Below are positions 17,814 through 27,239 of a stretch of 30,144 bases of DNA, piece by piece. The translations under genes and the position numbers were made by a program. Source of the DNA: a virus (taxonomy: Duplodnaviria; Caudoviricetes); the IMG/VR virus record IMGVR_UViG_3300043414_000571, positions 1-30,144 of that record; one strand, written 5' to 3'. Numbering within the stretch: position 1 is the stretch's first letter; each line of letters opens with the position of its first letter. Under the pieces are notes generated by a model. That model ran no database searches. It was not told the origin of the DNA and worked only from the letters and a program-made list of their open reading frames with translations.

Positions 17814-19019
17814 ATGCCTACAAGTGCAACAACGACAACCGGTGCCTCGGGCTTAACTACGTCAGCGGCCAACCCTTTATCGGCGACAACAATAAACAAT
17901 CCTTACGCTACGCAGTCCCCAGAACAACTGCGCGCTGCCGCGGCCAGCGGTACCCAGCAAGCTGCGACAACTAGTTACGCCCCTGCCATTGCTGCGGCCA
18001 CAACTTACGCGGCTAACACCATAGACCCAAACGCTGTAAACAACTACACCGCTAATCAAGCAACCGGCACTAACTGGAACGTCGATAGAAACCAAACCGT
18101 ACAGGGCCAAGTAAACGACATCATTGCAGCGGATTCGCCTTTGATGCAACAAGCCAGAGCGCAGTCTCTGGCCCAGATGAATCGCCGCGGTTTAATTAAT
18201 TCAAGCATGGCTGTTGGCGCTGGTCAAGAAGCTGTAATTAAAAACGCTACCCCTATCGCTACAAGCGACGCGGCAACTTATGCTGCAGCCGGAAAATTTG
18301 GAGCAGACACTGCCAATAACATGGCGACGTATAACACTACTGCTCAAAATGAAGCCGCCAAATTTAGAGCAACCGCTGCTAACGCCGCTCTTGTAAATAA
18401 TCAAATCGCTCTTAACGATGCTGCTAAGAGCAATGCCACCGTGCAGACTAATACTGCTTTAACTAACGCCGCAGCAACTAACGAAGCTTCTAGATTTGGC
18501 GCGACGGCAGCAAACATGTCCGCTACTGATTTTGCTAAAAACGTTAATGCTAACGTAGCGGCTTTGATGGACGAGTCGCTGAAGACTACTCTGGCCAACG
18601 CTGATGCAGCTACAAAAGTTACTCTGCAAAACATCGATGCCCAAACCAGAAAAGATTTAGCGGCTACTGAAGCCACGTATAAAACCCAAATGCAAGCATC
18701 GCAATCAGCAAACGAAGTGTTTCAGCAAGTTACAAAAAACATTTCTGACATTATGCAAAACGGCGATCTTAATTCTTTTGCGACTACTGACGGCAAAGCT
18801 CCGACCGCCGATAAAAAGAATTGGCCTGCCAGCGCAGTTGATGGAGGCAAAGTAATAGGAAATACTTTATACGATAAAGATAACAACGAAATTGCCAGCC
18901 CAAAACAAGCGGCTGTTAATGCTCAAAAACAATATTTAAAAACTTCTATGGACGTAATTTCTACAACGTCTAACATACCGGGCCTTAAAGATTTACTTAG
19001 CTTTGGCCCCGTTAAATGA
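17814..19019 (+). CDS. Probable internal virion / DNA ejection protein
   Basis: A/N/T/Q-rich helical protein with MNRRGLINSSMA and NEAAKF/NEASRF-type repeats; first gene of the block after lysis. Confidence 0.65.
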   Translation: MPTSATTTTGASGLTTSAANPLSATTINNPYATQSPEQLRAAAASGTQQAATTSYAPAIAAATTYAANTIDPNAVNNYTANQATGTNWNVDRNQTVQGQVNDIIAADSPLMQQARAQSLAQMNRRGLINSSMAVGAGQEAVIKNATPIATSDAATYAAAGKFGADTANNMATYNTTAQNEAAKFRATAANAALVNNQIALNDAAKSNATVQTNTALTNAAATNEASRFGATAANMSATDFAKNVNANVAALMDESLKTTLANADAATKVTLQNIDAQTRKDLAATEATYKTQMQASQSANEVFQQVTKNISDIMQNGDLNSFATTDGKAPTADKKNWPASAVDGGKVIGNTLYDKDNNEIASPKQAAVNAQKQYLKTSMDVISTTSNIPGLKDLLSFGPVK

Positions 19020-19411
19020 ATCGTGAAGTTTTACTTGAACCTGTTGTTGCATCAATTCGCCAAGGTTTGCATCTAGCAAAGCAAGACATACTTAAAAGCT
19101 TAGAAGATTGGGATGTAATACCGGTTCAAGCAGATGGGCAACACGCGGCAACTGTAGTTGCCAAAGGAACCGAAATCCACATAGCAGTTGTGGAAGGTTA
19201 TAAACCGAAGTCATCCCAGCGCGGGGTGATACGAGGTTTTTTAAAACCCTTGTTTGACCAGCATGAATTTTTAACGACGCGTGTACCGCACCATCGATTA
19301 GCACAAAAAAAGTTTGTGCAACGTGTAGGTTTTAAACCTACTTGGAAAGACGAAAATTTTGAATACTACATGCTGACTAGCATGCCGTTTGAGAGGAAGA
19401 ACAATGCCTAA
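19016..19411 (+). CDS. GNAT-like protein (T7 gp13 / P22 gp14-like position)
   Basis: TEIHIAV...LTTRVP...AQKKFVQRVGFK resembles GNAT motif B; sits just before ejection genes. Confidence 0.55.
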   Translation: MNREVLLEPVVASIRQGLHLAKQDILKSLEDWDVIPVQADGQHAATVVAKGTEIHIAVVEGYKPKSSQRGVIRGFLKPLFDQHEFLTTRVPHHRLAQKKFVQRVGFKPTWKDENFEYYMLTSMPFERKNNA

Positions 19412-20342
19412 AATTTATTCTTCGCGTGCGATGACGCGTGCGATGTCCGTTGATTACCCGATTGGCGATCCTACAGGCGGGCCTGCTTACGGCGAGAAAA
19501 ATGACGTCCTTACCATTGGACTCAGTCTTGCCGGCATGGCCGAAGCTTCTGCGGGTATCGGCACCCTTATGGGGGGTTTACAGTTTGCTGGTTCAGCTTT
19601 AACTTTGGTTGGCACTTTGACCGGCAATAAAACACTGAGCAAAATTGGTATGGTTGCGGGTCTTGCCGGTTTCGCTGGCAGCATGGGTGCTTTTGGTGAA
19701 ACTGCTAAAAACGCAACGTTTGCTAATACTTTTGGGGGGTCGCCTACCGATGTTCCGATATCGTCGGCAAACGCAAACTTAAGTCAGTCGGCCGGGGCTT
19801 CTTCTAAACCGGGTTTTATGCAAACCCCAACGTCAACGCCCCAAGCTGATTTAGTAGCTAACGCCAACGGCCCCGGTTTTTCAGATATCAATAAAGTCAG
19901 ATCGTCCACGATAGATGCATCCAAGCTTGCAACGGATGCCGCAACAAAAAGCCCGGAGTTTTTGGAGTCGCTACAGAAGGGCAATTATTGGGATGCCACC
20001 AAAGCCGCTGCTTCGGGAGTTAATCAAGCGATTAACCCGGCAATCAATCCTTACGGGGCGATGGCCGTTGGCCAAATTGCTTCGCCTATTGCAGACTACT
20101 TGTCCGGTAAAACAGACACTGAAATTGACAAGATGAAAGCTGAGACTGGTTACGCCGACGCAAAAGCTTTAGAAATGCAAACGGCCCTTGATAGAGAAAA
20201 GCAACGCCGTTTAAACCTAAACAGTGGGTACGGTCAAATTGATACGGGCTTTACTGTTAACCCTAACGCCATGGTTAACCCTGCCGCCGCTCAAGTACAA
20301 AACAACGGTCTGATTAACAACGCGATGCAACCGCCGCAATAA
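19404..20342 (+). CDS. Probable DNA ejection protein with Gly/Ala-rich hydrophobic segments
   Basis: GAGAGGA SD favours the ATG at 19404; GxxxG-rich hydrophobic helices near the N-terminus. Confidence 0.65.
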   Translation: MPKIYSSRAMTRAMSVDYPIGDPTGGPAYGEKNDVLTIGLSLAGMAEASAGIGTLMGGLQFAGSALTLVGTLTGNKTLSKIGMVAGLAGFAGSMGAFGETAKNATFANTFGGSPTDVPISSANANLSQSAGASSKPGFMQTPTSTPQADLVANANGPGFSDINKVRSSTIDASKLATDAATKSPEFLESLQKGNYWDATKAAASGVNQAINPAINPYGAMAVGQIASPIADYLSGKTDTEIDKMKAETGYADAKALEMQTALDREKQRRLNLNSGYGQIDTGFTVNPNAMVNPAAAQVQNNGLINNAMQPPQ

Positions 20343-20352
20343 GGAGAAAGAT

Positions 20353-20838
20353 ATGGCTATCATTCAAGATAAAATGGCGCGTCCAGAAGGCGAAGACCTT
20401 GACAGCGAACAAATTAAAAACAACATTAAGATGCCTCCGGAATTGCAAGATGCTTATGACCGTGTAGTGGTTGCCGGCATGAAGGTTATGTTTTCTAAAG
20501 AGTCGCATAAACTTATGCTTGATGAGTTACAAAAAGAAGGTCCTGTTGGCGAAAAGCTAGGTAAGGGTATCGCGGGTTTAATGCTTTTGCTAGTCAAAGA
20601 ATCTAACAACACCATACCCCCTCAAGTAATTATTCCTGCCGGCGTTAACCTAGTGACGCAAGCCGCTGACTTTATGCGCAACACAAAGTTAGAAAAAATT
20701 ACAAACGCCGATATTGGCGATGCTATGGAAATAATGATCTCAACTGTACTGGGCAAATTCGGTGTCTCGCCAGAACAAATGAATGAGATGCTGAATCAGT
20801 ACAGCAACGAAAACATTCCTACCGAGATGGGGGCTTAA
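20353..20838 (+). CDS. Hypothetical protein (ejection block)
   Basis: SD AAGGAG; 161-aa helical protein. Confidence 0.8.
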   Translation: MAIIQDKMARPEGEDLDSEQIKNNIKMPPELQDAYDRVVVAGMKVMFSKESHKLMLDELQKEGPVGEKLGKGIAGLMLLLVKESNNTIPPQVIIPAGVNLVTQAADFMRNTKLEKITNADIGDAMEIMISTVLGKFGVSPEQMNEMLNQYSNENIPTEMGA

Positions 20839-20839
20839 T

Positions 20840-21820
20840 ATGGCTAGTGGTTTAATCGCTGCCGCACTTAGCGGTTTTGGTAAAGCTCTTTCAACTACCG
20901 GGGAGATGGAAGCCAAAAAGCAAAACGAGCTTGACGTTAGAAAACAATTGCTCAACATGGAATCTGAAAGACGTTTGCGCGAAGATGAGATCACTCGCGG
21001 CCGTGCGTTTGATTACCAGAAAAAAGAGGTTGCTGAAATAGAGCCTTTGCGTACAACCGCTAAAGTCGCAGAAGCAACAGCTTTGTTACCTACTAAGGTT
21101 GCGGAAAAAACAGCAGTGGGTACTGCCGAGACTGGCGTACTGGTAAACCGTGAAAACGCAACTCGCGAAGGGGTAGTTGCAACTGAAAAAGCAAAAGGCG
21201 AAGTTGCTAACACTCTTCGAGTCAAACTTGAAAAAGACATCGCCGACATATCTCTTGATAAAGACAAAAGAAAAGCTTCTCAAGAAGCATTGGCTCTTAT
21301 TGATCTTGGCAATGATAAAAAATACTTATCTGCCGTTCAAAAAATTACTGATGCAAAATCTAGTTCAGCCGATAAAACACAAGCGGCTGCTGCCATCTAT
21401 AAAATGCAGAATGAAAAAGCTCTTGGTGATTTGCGTACTGAATTATCTAACCTTCCTGATACCCCGGAAAACGCAGATAAGCGCGCCACTATCCGCCAAA
21501 AACTTTCAGATTTAAAAGATTCAAAAGTTGGTTCTTACGCAGACGTTGCTTCTTTGGCGAACAGTTATTTGGTGGCGTCTAACACCATTCTACGTAACGG
21601 CACCGGCACAGAAGAAGAACTTGCTGAAGCTAAACGCTTACGCGATTTGGGCGAAAGACTCGGCTCAAGTGTTATTGAGAAAAAAATACCTGACGCTAAT
21701 AAACCGAAACCAAAAGCAGAAGGCGCTACTTACAAAGCCGGCGATACTCGAACTATTGCCAGCGGGCCTAATCAAGGTAAGACTGCTGTATACGATGGCA
21801 CTGGTTGGAAACTTAAATAA
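20840..21820 (+). CDS. Probable DNA ejection protein (coiled coil)
   Basis: MASGLIAAALSGFG start, K/E/A-rich coiled coil, small C-terminal beta module ending YDGTGWKLK. Confidence 0.7.
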   Translation: MASGLIAAALSGFGKALSTTGEMEAKKQNELDVRKQLLNMESERRLREDEITRGRAFDYQKKEVAEIEPLRTTAKVAEATALLPTKVAEKTAVGTAETGVLVNRENATREGVVATEKAKGEVANTLRVKLEKDIADISLDKDKRKASQEALALIDLGNDKKYLSAVQKITDAKSSSADKTQAAAAIYKMQNEKALGDLRTELSNLPDTPENADKRATIRQKLSDLKDSKVGSYADVASLANSYLVASNTILRNGTGTEEELAEAKRLRDLGERLGSSVIEKKIPDANKPKPKAEGATYKAGDTRTIASGPNQGKTAVYDGTGWKLK

Positions 21821-21829
21821 GGCGCGTCA

Positions 21830-24800
21830 ATGGCAAGCTACCTTAGTGAAGACGAAGTCTTTGGCGTAAAAGCTAAACCTGCCGGTTCAAATTATCTAAG
21901 CGATGATGAGGTCTTTGGCCGCCCTTCTTCGAGCAAAGGCGTTGACACGGTTGATAACCCGTTAAACGTTAAAGAAAAAGATTACAAAGCTTCTGAGTTA
22001 GCCGGCGATTTAACTAAACAATTTGGCGGAGCTATTGCAGGCGGCACCTTAAAAACTCCTGCCGGTATTGAAACCGGAATAAAGGGTGCCGCTAGAAATT
22101 TAATTTCAGGTGAAGCATTAGAAGCCACTCCACTTGGCAAAGTGTTTAGTCTTGCTCGATCAGCTTTTACCGATCTACTTGGAATACAAAGTATCCAAGA
22201 ACAAACGCAAGATAAAGAAGCAGCAAAGATAACAATCGACAGAGCAATGTCGAGTATCCCGTCGATACCGGGTACAAAAGAATTAGCTGCTTACGGTGAC
22301 TCGGTTCAAAAAGATATTCAGGCCAGCCTTTCTGAAACCGGTAAAAAACGTCTTGCTGGTTCTTCGCCAACAGGAAATGTTCTTAAAGGCGAATTAAGTT
22401 TTGGCGAAGACCCAACTCTTTCTGGATACGCTCTTCAAGTTTCCGGCGTTCTTGGTTCTCTTGCCCCGGTTATCGCTACTTTTCTTGCTACTCGCAACAC
22501 TAATGCTACAGCTGCGGTAGGCAGTGGTATGGCTGCGGGTGAAGGTGCTGATACCGCAAAAGAATACATCACTAAGTTAAACGATGATCAGTTGCTTGAA
22601 GTAAGTCCGTATTACAAAGTTATGCTTGATCGTGGCGTGCCGAAAGAAGAAGCTCGCCGAATTGTTACTGATAAAGCTTCTGAAAATGCAGCCATGCTTC
22701 AAGGTATGGTGGCTGCTGTAGGCGACAAAATTACTGGCAACCTTCTTGCGGGTGCTTACGATAATATTCTTAGCCGCATTGGCGGCAAGTCTATTGCCGG
22801 CCGTACAGCCGGAGGCCTTATTGCTGGCGCGGCTGAAGAAAGCTTGCAAGAAACCACGGAAGGTTTAGCTTCTGACGTCGGTATTCGCAGCCAAATCGCA
22901 AACAAAGAAATTGGTGAAGACTCTGCTGCAAACCTAGTTCTTGGCGCTCTTGGCGGCGCTGGCCCCGGGGGATATCGCGGCGCGATAGCATCACCTGAAA
23001 GACAGATTGCGGCAGAGATCAACGCCGGTGTACAAAACGCCCAGCCTGCCGGGGTAAATGAAGCAGCAATCCGTGCGCTCAATCCCCAGACATACGACCA
23101 GACATTAGTCTCGCCACAACAGACGGTCAATCGCAATACCCAGATCGACGCGTTGGCGCAAGCCGGATCAGTTGATGACGCCGTAAGTGCAGCCATGAAT
23201 TTGGCGGGCACGATAGAAGGGCCGACGTCCTACGCTGCGCCTATGTCACCGGCCGCGGCTACGCCCTTGGTAAGCCCAACGCCAACGTTCGGCGGTTTGC
23301 CGATTACGCCTCCCGTAACATCCGCGTTACCGGCAGCAGAGGCTGTTGAGGCAATTACGCCGGAAACAATTGCGGCCACGCCAACTGAAACACGTAGCGA
23401 ACTTCCAACACTTGCTCCACGCCCGCAGCGCATTCAGGGCCGAACTGTGGCAGACTTATCGGATGATGATTTGCGTGCCGTCGTGGAAAACGATAGTGCG
23501 CCGGCGATCACCAGACGTGGCGCTCAAATTGAATTGGACGCCCGCAGTAAAGCAACGACTGCCCCAGCAATCACACCAACAGAGGCAAACCGTGGAACAA
23601 GCGAAAGCTTTATTGACATCCCCCTTAACTCCAGCACAGAGGCATTGCCTGACCCCAACTCTGAACCAGTGGGTGGAGTCGCTGCCGGAGATCGAGCAAG
23701 AGCGACTGCTCAAGCAGCTATCGACCAATGGGCTGCCTCCGAAAACAGAACCGACGCGCCTGTTTTAAACGCGGCTCCGGCTCAAGAAGAAGCCGCGGTC
23801 AATCAGATTGCCAACGCACTTAATAGCCAGTTTGGTGGAAAGATTTATGCTTTCCATGATACCCAACCTAACGCAGCGGATGGCTTCGCCCTCGGCACTA
23901 CAGCGTTCGTTAATACCGCAGCGCCTCAAAGCAATATCACTAAAACGTCTCTTCACGAATTCAAGCATACGGTCGAGCAAATCGCCGAAGCTGAACGACG
24001 TCAAGGTTTAACCAATACTCCTGCTCAACAGTTTACGTCAAGCATAGAAAGTATTTTTTTCGATATGACGGAAGAGGGTAAGAGAGCTTACTCTGAAAAC
24101 TTTTTGCATAGAGACGAACTGGATTCTATTACTGACCCGGTCGCACGCGAACAAAGATTACAAGAATTATTAAAGCAGCCTTTACTAGTATCTGAAATGA
24201 CGGCTGACTTCCTTGGCAATCGCGCCACGGACAAAGCTTTTTGGCAGGACGTTGCGGCCCGTGATCCTCAAGGGTTCAAAGGTTTTGTTGATAAGTGGCT
24301 TGGAATTATAGATAAGCTGTTGGCCAGTTTGCGGGGAGAAACCACGCAAAATGAAAAACAATCTGCCAAGGTCGATGAATACGTTCGTGATCTGAAGAAA
24401 GCCAAAGAGGTTGCACGTGATGCCTTGATCGCGTATCGTCAATCCACATCGCAGCAAACCGCAACGGCCGGCACGCCGTCAATGAGTTCAAGAGAAGGTG
24501 GAACTAATGAATCAAATATCCCCGGTCGAGGTGAAGGCGTACAGCCGTCTCCAGAACGAAATGGACCAGCAGCTAGTGGAACTGGGAGCAGTGCGCTCCC
24601 AAGCTACGGAGAAGCCCGAGAAGGCGCTATCTCCGTCATCGGTAGGCACTACTCCCCCCGGGTCCAAACAAGCCTAAGCGGGGCCTATTACGGCACTGGC
24701 TTGCGTGGTGCCGAAGGCAGCCGTCTAAGGGAAAGTAAAGACCGTAGACTTTCTGACAGAATTTATTTCTATGTTGATACCGGCAACGGCATCAGACCAG

Positions 24801-26728
24801 AAAGCGGCGTCGGCCGTTTTGCCCACGAAGTCAGGCTTAATAATATCTATGACCCTGCAAGCCGTTTAATCCCGCCACAGGGCAGTTCAAACGCATTTGA
24901 GTCCGCAGTTATAGACGCAGGATTTGATGGCTACATAGCCCCGTTTGGACGGGGTGCTGCGGTTGTTTTGCTGGGGCCAAAGAACAATGCCGTGCCAGTC
25001 AAAGCAATAGAAGCTCCGGCGTTTGCTAAAAAGCAACAAGCCGAACCAAAAGAAATCGAACCAGAAAAAGACCTCGGCAATTTCCGCTCAGTGGCTGAAG
25101 GCCTTGGTTTGTCTGAAGCTGAATACAAAGCCACTGCTTTGGGCCTGATGACAGGTAAGACAAAGAGCGAAGCTTTTGAAACACCTTTTGTCGGAGGCAT
25201 CCCCCCGGTAGTTGAATGGTTGGACAAACGTTACTATGCCGCCGGCATGCCTACCTTAGATTTGAACAAACCTGAAGACCGCACAACCGTAGCCAAGATG
25301 CTGGCGGCTGAAGCAATCGCGGCGATCAGGAGCGCAGGTAATGCAGTTGAATGGTATGACGAAACTGTCAGAAAAACACTCAGCATTATGGCGGTTAAGT
25401 ATCCCGAATTGAACACGGATCAAAACGCCCGGAATGCTTTCTTGATAGCTACCGCGATATCTTCCCAAACAATGAACGTGGAAGACAACCTCCGCTACGC
25501 TTCAAATCAATACGAAGCTTTCCGCAAGACAGGGAAGTTTCCTGAAGTAGGCACAGGCAAGTCTGCCCCAGCCATGGGTAAAAACTTTGCACTGGCCAAC
25601 GCTTTGCTTCAAGACATGGGTCCCGATCTTCTGCGCAGGTTCTTGCAAACGGAAGTGACCAAGCGAGAATTGGAAAGCATGGGCTTTTCCATTACCGGCG
25701 AATCGATGGATGAGAAGATGCTTGGCTCGGCAGTGTTCGGACCCAAGATCGGATTTGGTTTCTACAGCAACCTGTCAGGTAACTTTGAACCGGTGACGAT
25801 GGACATGTGGTTCATGAGGACCGTCGGTCGTTTGACTGGTAAGCTTCCGGCGTTTGACGAAAAGCTGTTTGCCAAACAAGTGGCTGGCTTGCGTGCCGCG
25901 CTTCAGGAAACAGGCGATTCCACTAAAGGTTTGTACGCGGCCGACTTCGACCCCGCTTTGGTGGCTGAAGCAATGAAGACCGATGAAGGCGCTATCGCTC
26001 TAGCCAGAGCGGTGAACAGCCTTCATAATAGGCAATTCATAAAAGAGCGCGCCAAGTTTGATTCAGGTGAGCGCAAGAAGACAACGCTTGTCGGGGTTGC
26101 CGGGGCCATTTTAAAATCGGCAGACAAGCCGAATGATTCACCCGGCAGTGGTGGTGAGCGCCAACGTCTACGTGACGTGGTTCGCCAGATGGTCAAATTT
26201 GTTGAAGACCAGACCGGCCAGCGCGTACCGCCGGCAGCTTTGCAGGCTTTGATTTGGTACCCTGAACAGGAGCTTTACAAAAAGCTGGGTGTTAAACTAC
26301 GCGTCACCAGCCAAGACTATGCCGGCGCGGCAAAGTCACTTTTAACTAAAGAGGGTTTTGATGGAAAACGAATTAGCGCAGCAGCCCAATCTGGATCAGG
26401 ATCAGCACGACCAGTGGCTGGCAAAAAGATCGCCGGAACAAATCAAACGATTGGCGCAACGGGTAAAAGCGTTGGCCCTCTCGAAGGAAAAGAGCGGAAA
26501 GCTTTTATCGAACCGCGGGTCGAGAGACGATTAACGGAACAAGCTAATGCTTTATCCCTTGCTGATTTGTTTACCAAACTAAACAAAAAAGGCATTGCAA
26601 AAGTTAACGCTGAAAAAATAGTAAACCGCAGAGAAGACTCTGCAAAAATTATGTACGTACAAGAAAATTTCTTAGACATCTTGTCCGATCTGGAAGATTC
26701 CGGCAAGGTTAAGATTAACTGCGATTGA
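21830..26728 (+). CDS. Large polyvalent (probably virion-injected) protein: G/A-rich helical region, zincin metallopeptidase, ART-like and HhH-glycosylase-like domains
   Basis: 1632 aa. HEFKH (23954-23968) with downstream EMTADF; RHYS...YGTG...RIYFY...LNNIYD...AGFDGY (about 24630-25010); WYD...SSQT..EDN...GPKIG.F..NL.G...VTMDMW..R...QALIW (about 25350-26260). Confidence 0.85.
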   Translation: MASYLSEDEVFGVKAKPAGSNYLSDDEVFGRPSSSKGVDTVDNPLNVKEKDYKASELAGDLTKQFGGAIAGGTLKTPAGIETGIKGAARNLISGEALEATPLGKVFSLARSAFTDLLGIQSIQEQTQDKEAAKITIDRAMSSIPSIPGTKELAAYGDSVQKDIQASLSETGKKRLAGSSPTGNVLKGELSFGEDPTLSGYALQVSGVLGSLAPVIATFLATRNTNATAAVGSGMAAGEGADTAKEYITKLNDDQLLEVSPYYKVMLDRGVPKEEARRIVTDKASENAAMLQGMVAAVGDKITGNLLAGAYDNILSRIGGKSIAGRTAGGLIAGAAEESLQETTEGLASDVGIRSQIANKEIGEDSAANLVLGALGGAGPGGYRGAIASPERQIAAEINAGVQNAQPAGVNEAAIRALNPQTYDQTLVSPQQTVNRNTQIDALAQAGSVDDAVSAAMNLAGTIEGPTSYAAPMSPAAATPLVSPTPTFGGLPITPPVTSALPAAEAVEAITPETIAATPTETRSELPTLAPRPQRIQGRTVADLSDDDLRAVVENDSAPAITRRGAQIELDARSKATTAPAITPTEANRGTSESFIDIPLNSSTEALPDPNSEPVGGVAAGDRARATAQAAIDQWAASENRTDAPVLNAAPAQEEAAVNQIANALNSQFGGKIYAFHDTQPNAADGFALGTTAFVNTAAPQSNITKTSLHEFKHTVEQIAEAERRQGLTNTPAQQFTSSIESIFFDMTEEGKRAYSENFLHRDELDSITDPVAREQRLQELLKQPLLVSEMTADFLGNRATDKAFWQDVAARDPQGFKGFVDKWLGIIDKLLASLRGETTQNEKQSAKVDEYVRDLKKAKEVARDALIAYRQSTSQQTATAGTPSMSSREGGTNESNIPGRGEGVQPSPERNGPAASGTGSSALPSYGEAREGAISVIGRHYSPRVQTSLSGAYYGTGLRGAEGSRLRESKDRRLSDRIYFYVDTGNGIRPESGVGRFAHEVRLNNIYDPASRLIPPQGSSNAFESAVIDAGFDGYIAPFGRGAAVVLLGPKNNAVPVKAIEAPAFAKKQQAEPKEIEPEKDLGNFRSVAEGLGLSEAEYKATALGLMTGKTKSEAFETPFVGGIPPVVEWLDKRYYAAGMPTLDLNKPEDRTTVAKMLAAEAIAAIRSAGNAVEWYDETVRKTLSIMAVKYPELNTDQNARNAFLIATAISSQTMNVEDNLRYASNQYEAFRKTGKFPEVGTGKSAPAMGKNFALANALLQDMGPDLLRRFLQTEVTKRELESMGFSITGESMDEKMLGSAVFGPKIGFGFYSNLSGNFEPVTMDMWFMRTVGRLTGKLPAFDEKLFAKQVAGLRAALQETGDSTKGLYAADFDPALVAEAMKTDEGAIALARAVNSLHNRQFIKERAKFDSGERKKTTLVGVAGAILKSADKPNDSPGSGGERQRLRDVVRQMVKFVEDQTGQRVPPAALQALIWYPEQELYKKLGVKLRVTSQDYAGAAKSLLTKEGFDGKRISAAAQSGSGSARPVAGKKIAGTNQTIGATGKSVGPLEGKERKAFIEPRVERRLTEQANALSLADLFTKLNKKGIAKVNAEKIVNRREDSAKIMYVQENFLDILSDLEDSGKVKINCD
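23592..23768 (+). CDS. Nested +1-frame small ORF A (58 aa)
   Basis: AGAGG (23581-23585) then GTG; MEQAKALLTSPLTPAQRHCLTPTLNQWVESLPEIEQERLLKQLSTNGLPPKTEPTRLF. Confidence 0.5.
   Translation: MEQAKALLTSPLTPAQRHCLTPTLNQWVESLPEIEQERLLKQLSTNGLPPKTEPTRLF
24507..24677 (+). CDS. Nested +1-frame small ORF B (56 aa)
   Basis: AAGGTG (24495-24500) then ATG; MNQISPVEVKAYSRLQNEMDQQLVELGAVRSQATEKPEKALSPSSVGTTPPGSKQA. Confidence 0.5.
   Translation: MNQISPVEVKAYSRLQNEMDQQLVELGAVRSQATEKPEKALSPSSVGTTPPGSKQA
26361..26534 (+). CDS. Nested +1-frame small ORF C (57 aa)
   Basis: AAGAGGG (26349-26355) then ATG; MENELAQQPNLDQDQHDQWLAKRSPEQIKRLAQRVKALALSKEKSGKLLSNRGSRDD. Confidence 0.55.
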   Translation: MENELAQQPNLDQDQHDQWLAKRSPEQIKRLAQRVKALALSKEKSGKLLSNRGSRDD

Positions 26729-26736
26729 GGCTGAAC

Positions 26737-27237
26737 ATGCACATGCTACCCAAAATGATTATTTCCGCTGATCTAAAAGCGATGCTTGATGACGCAGTTC
26801 ATTCTGAGCTATACGCCTCAAACTTGTACAAGCATATCGCCAACGAAGTGCAGCGACTCGGATATTTTGGAACACAAAAATTCTTCTTGCGTGAAAGCGC
26901 GGACGAATTAGTTCATTACCAAAAGCATGTTGACTTTCAAAACGACGTCGGCACCGTGGCTAAGATTCCTGCAATCGAAGCCATGAACGAGCCAATCAAA
27001 ACTCTCAGTGATGCGATTGAACTCGGTTACGAAACTGAGCTTGAGTTATATGAGAATTACAAAGGTTGGTACGGCGAAGCCGAAAGCGATCCGGTGGTAC
27101 AACAATTCTTGCTGCAGTTTTTAGAACTTCAGCGGACCAGCGTTGGTGAATATGGTGATCTACTTGCGCGTATCCAGTTAGTAGACCAAGACAAAGCAGG
27201 CATGCTTCTGATTGACCAAGAACTTGGTGAGGGTTAA
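26737..27237 (+). CDS. Ferritin-like protein (non-haem ferritin, FtnA-like)
   Basis: GAGG SD before ATG 26737 (or 26743). ELYASNLY, G..G..KFFLRESADELVH, YETE, QFLLQFLELQ follow the ferritin four-helix pattern. Confidence 0.85.
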   Translation: MHMLPKMIISADLKAMLDDAVHSELYASNLYKHIANEVQRLGYFGTQKFFLRESADELVHYQKHVDFQNDVGTVAKIPAIEAMNEPIKTLSDAIELGYETELELYENYKGWYGEAESDPVVQQFLLQFLELQRTSVGEYGDLLARIQLVDQDKAGMLLIDQELGEG

Positions 27238-27239
27238 AC

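Noticed and set aside
21177-21869. Alternative-frame ORFs inside the 326-aa ejection gene
   Set aside because: L/K-rich translations expected from a K/E/A-rich main frame with T/A-ending codons; no convincing starts.
23346-23591. Upstream part of the 140-aa +1 ORF in the track
   Set aside because: TTG start without a clear SD and an R/Q/L-rich shadow-like sequence; only the part from GTG 23592 is retained.
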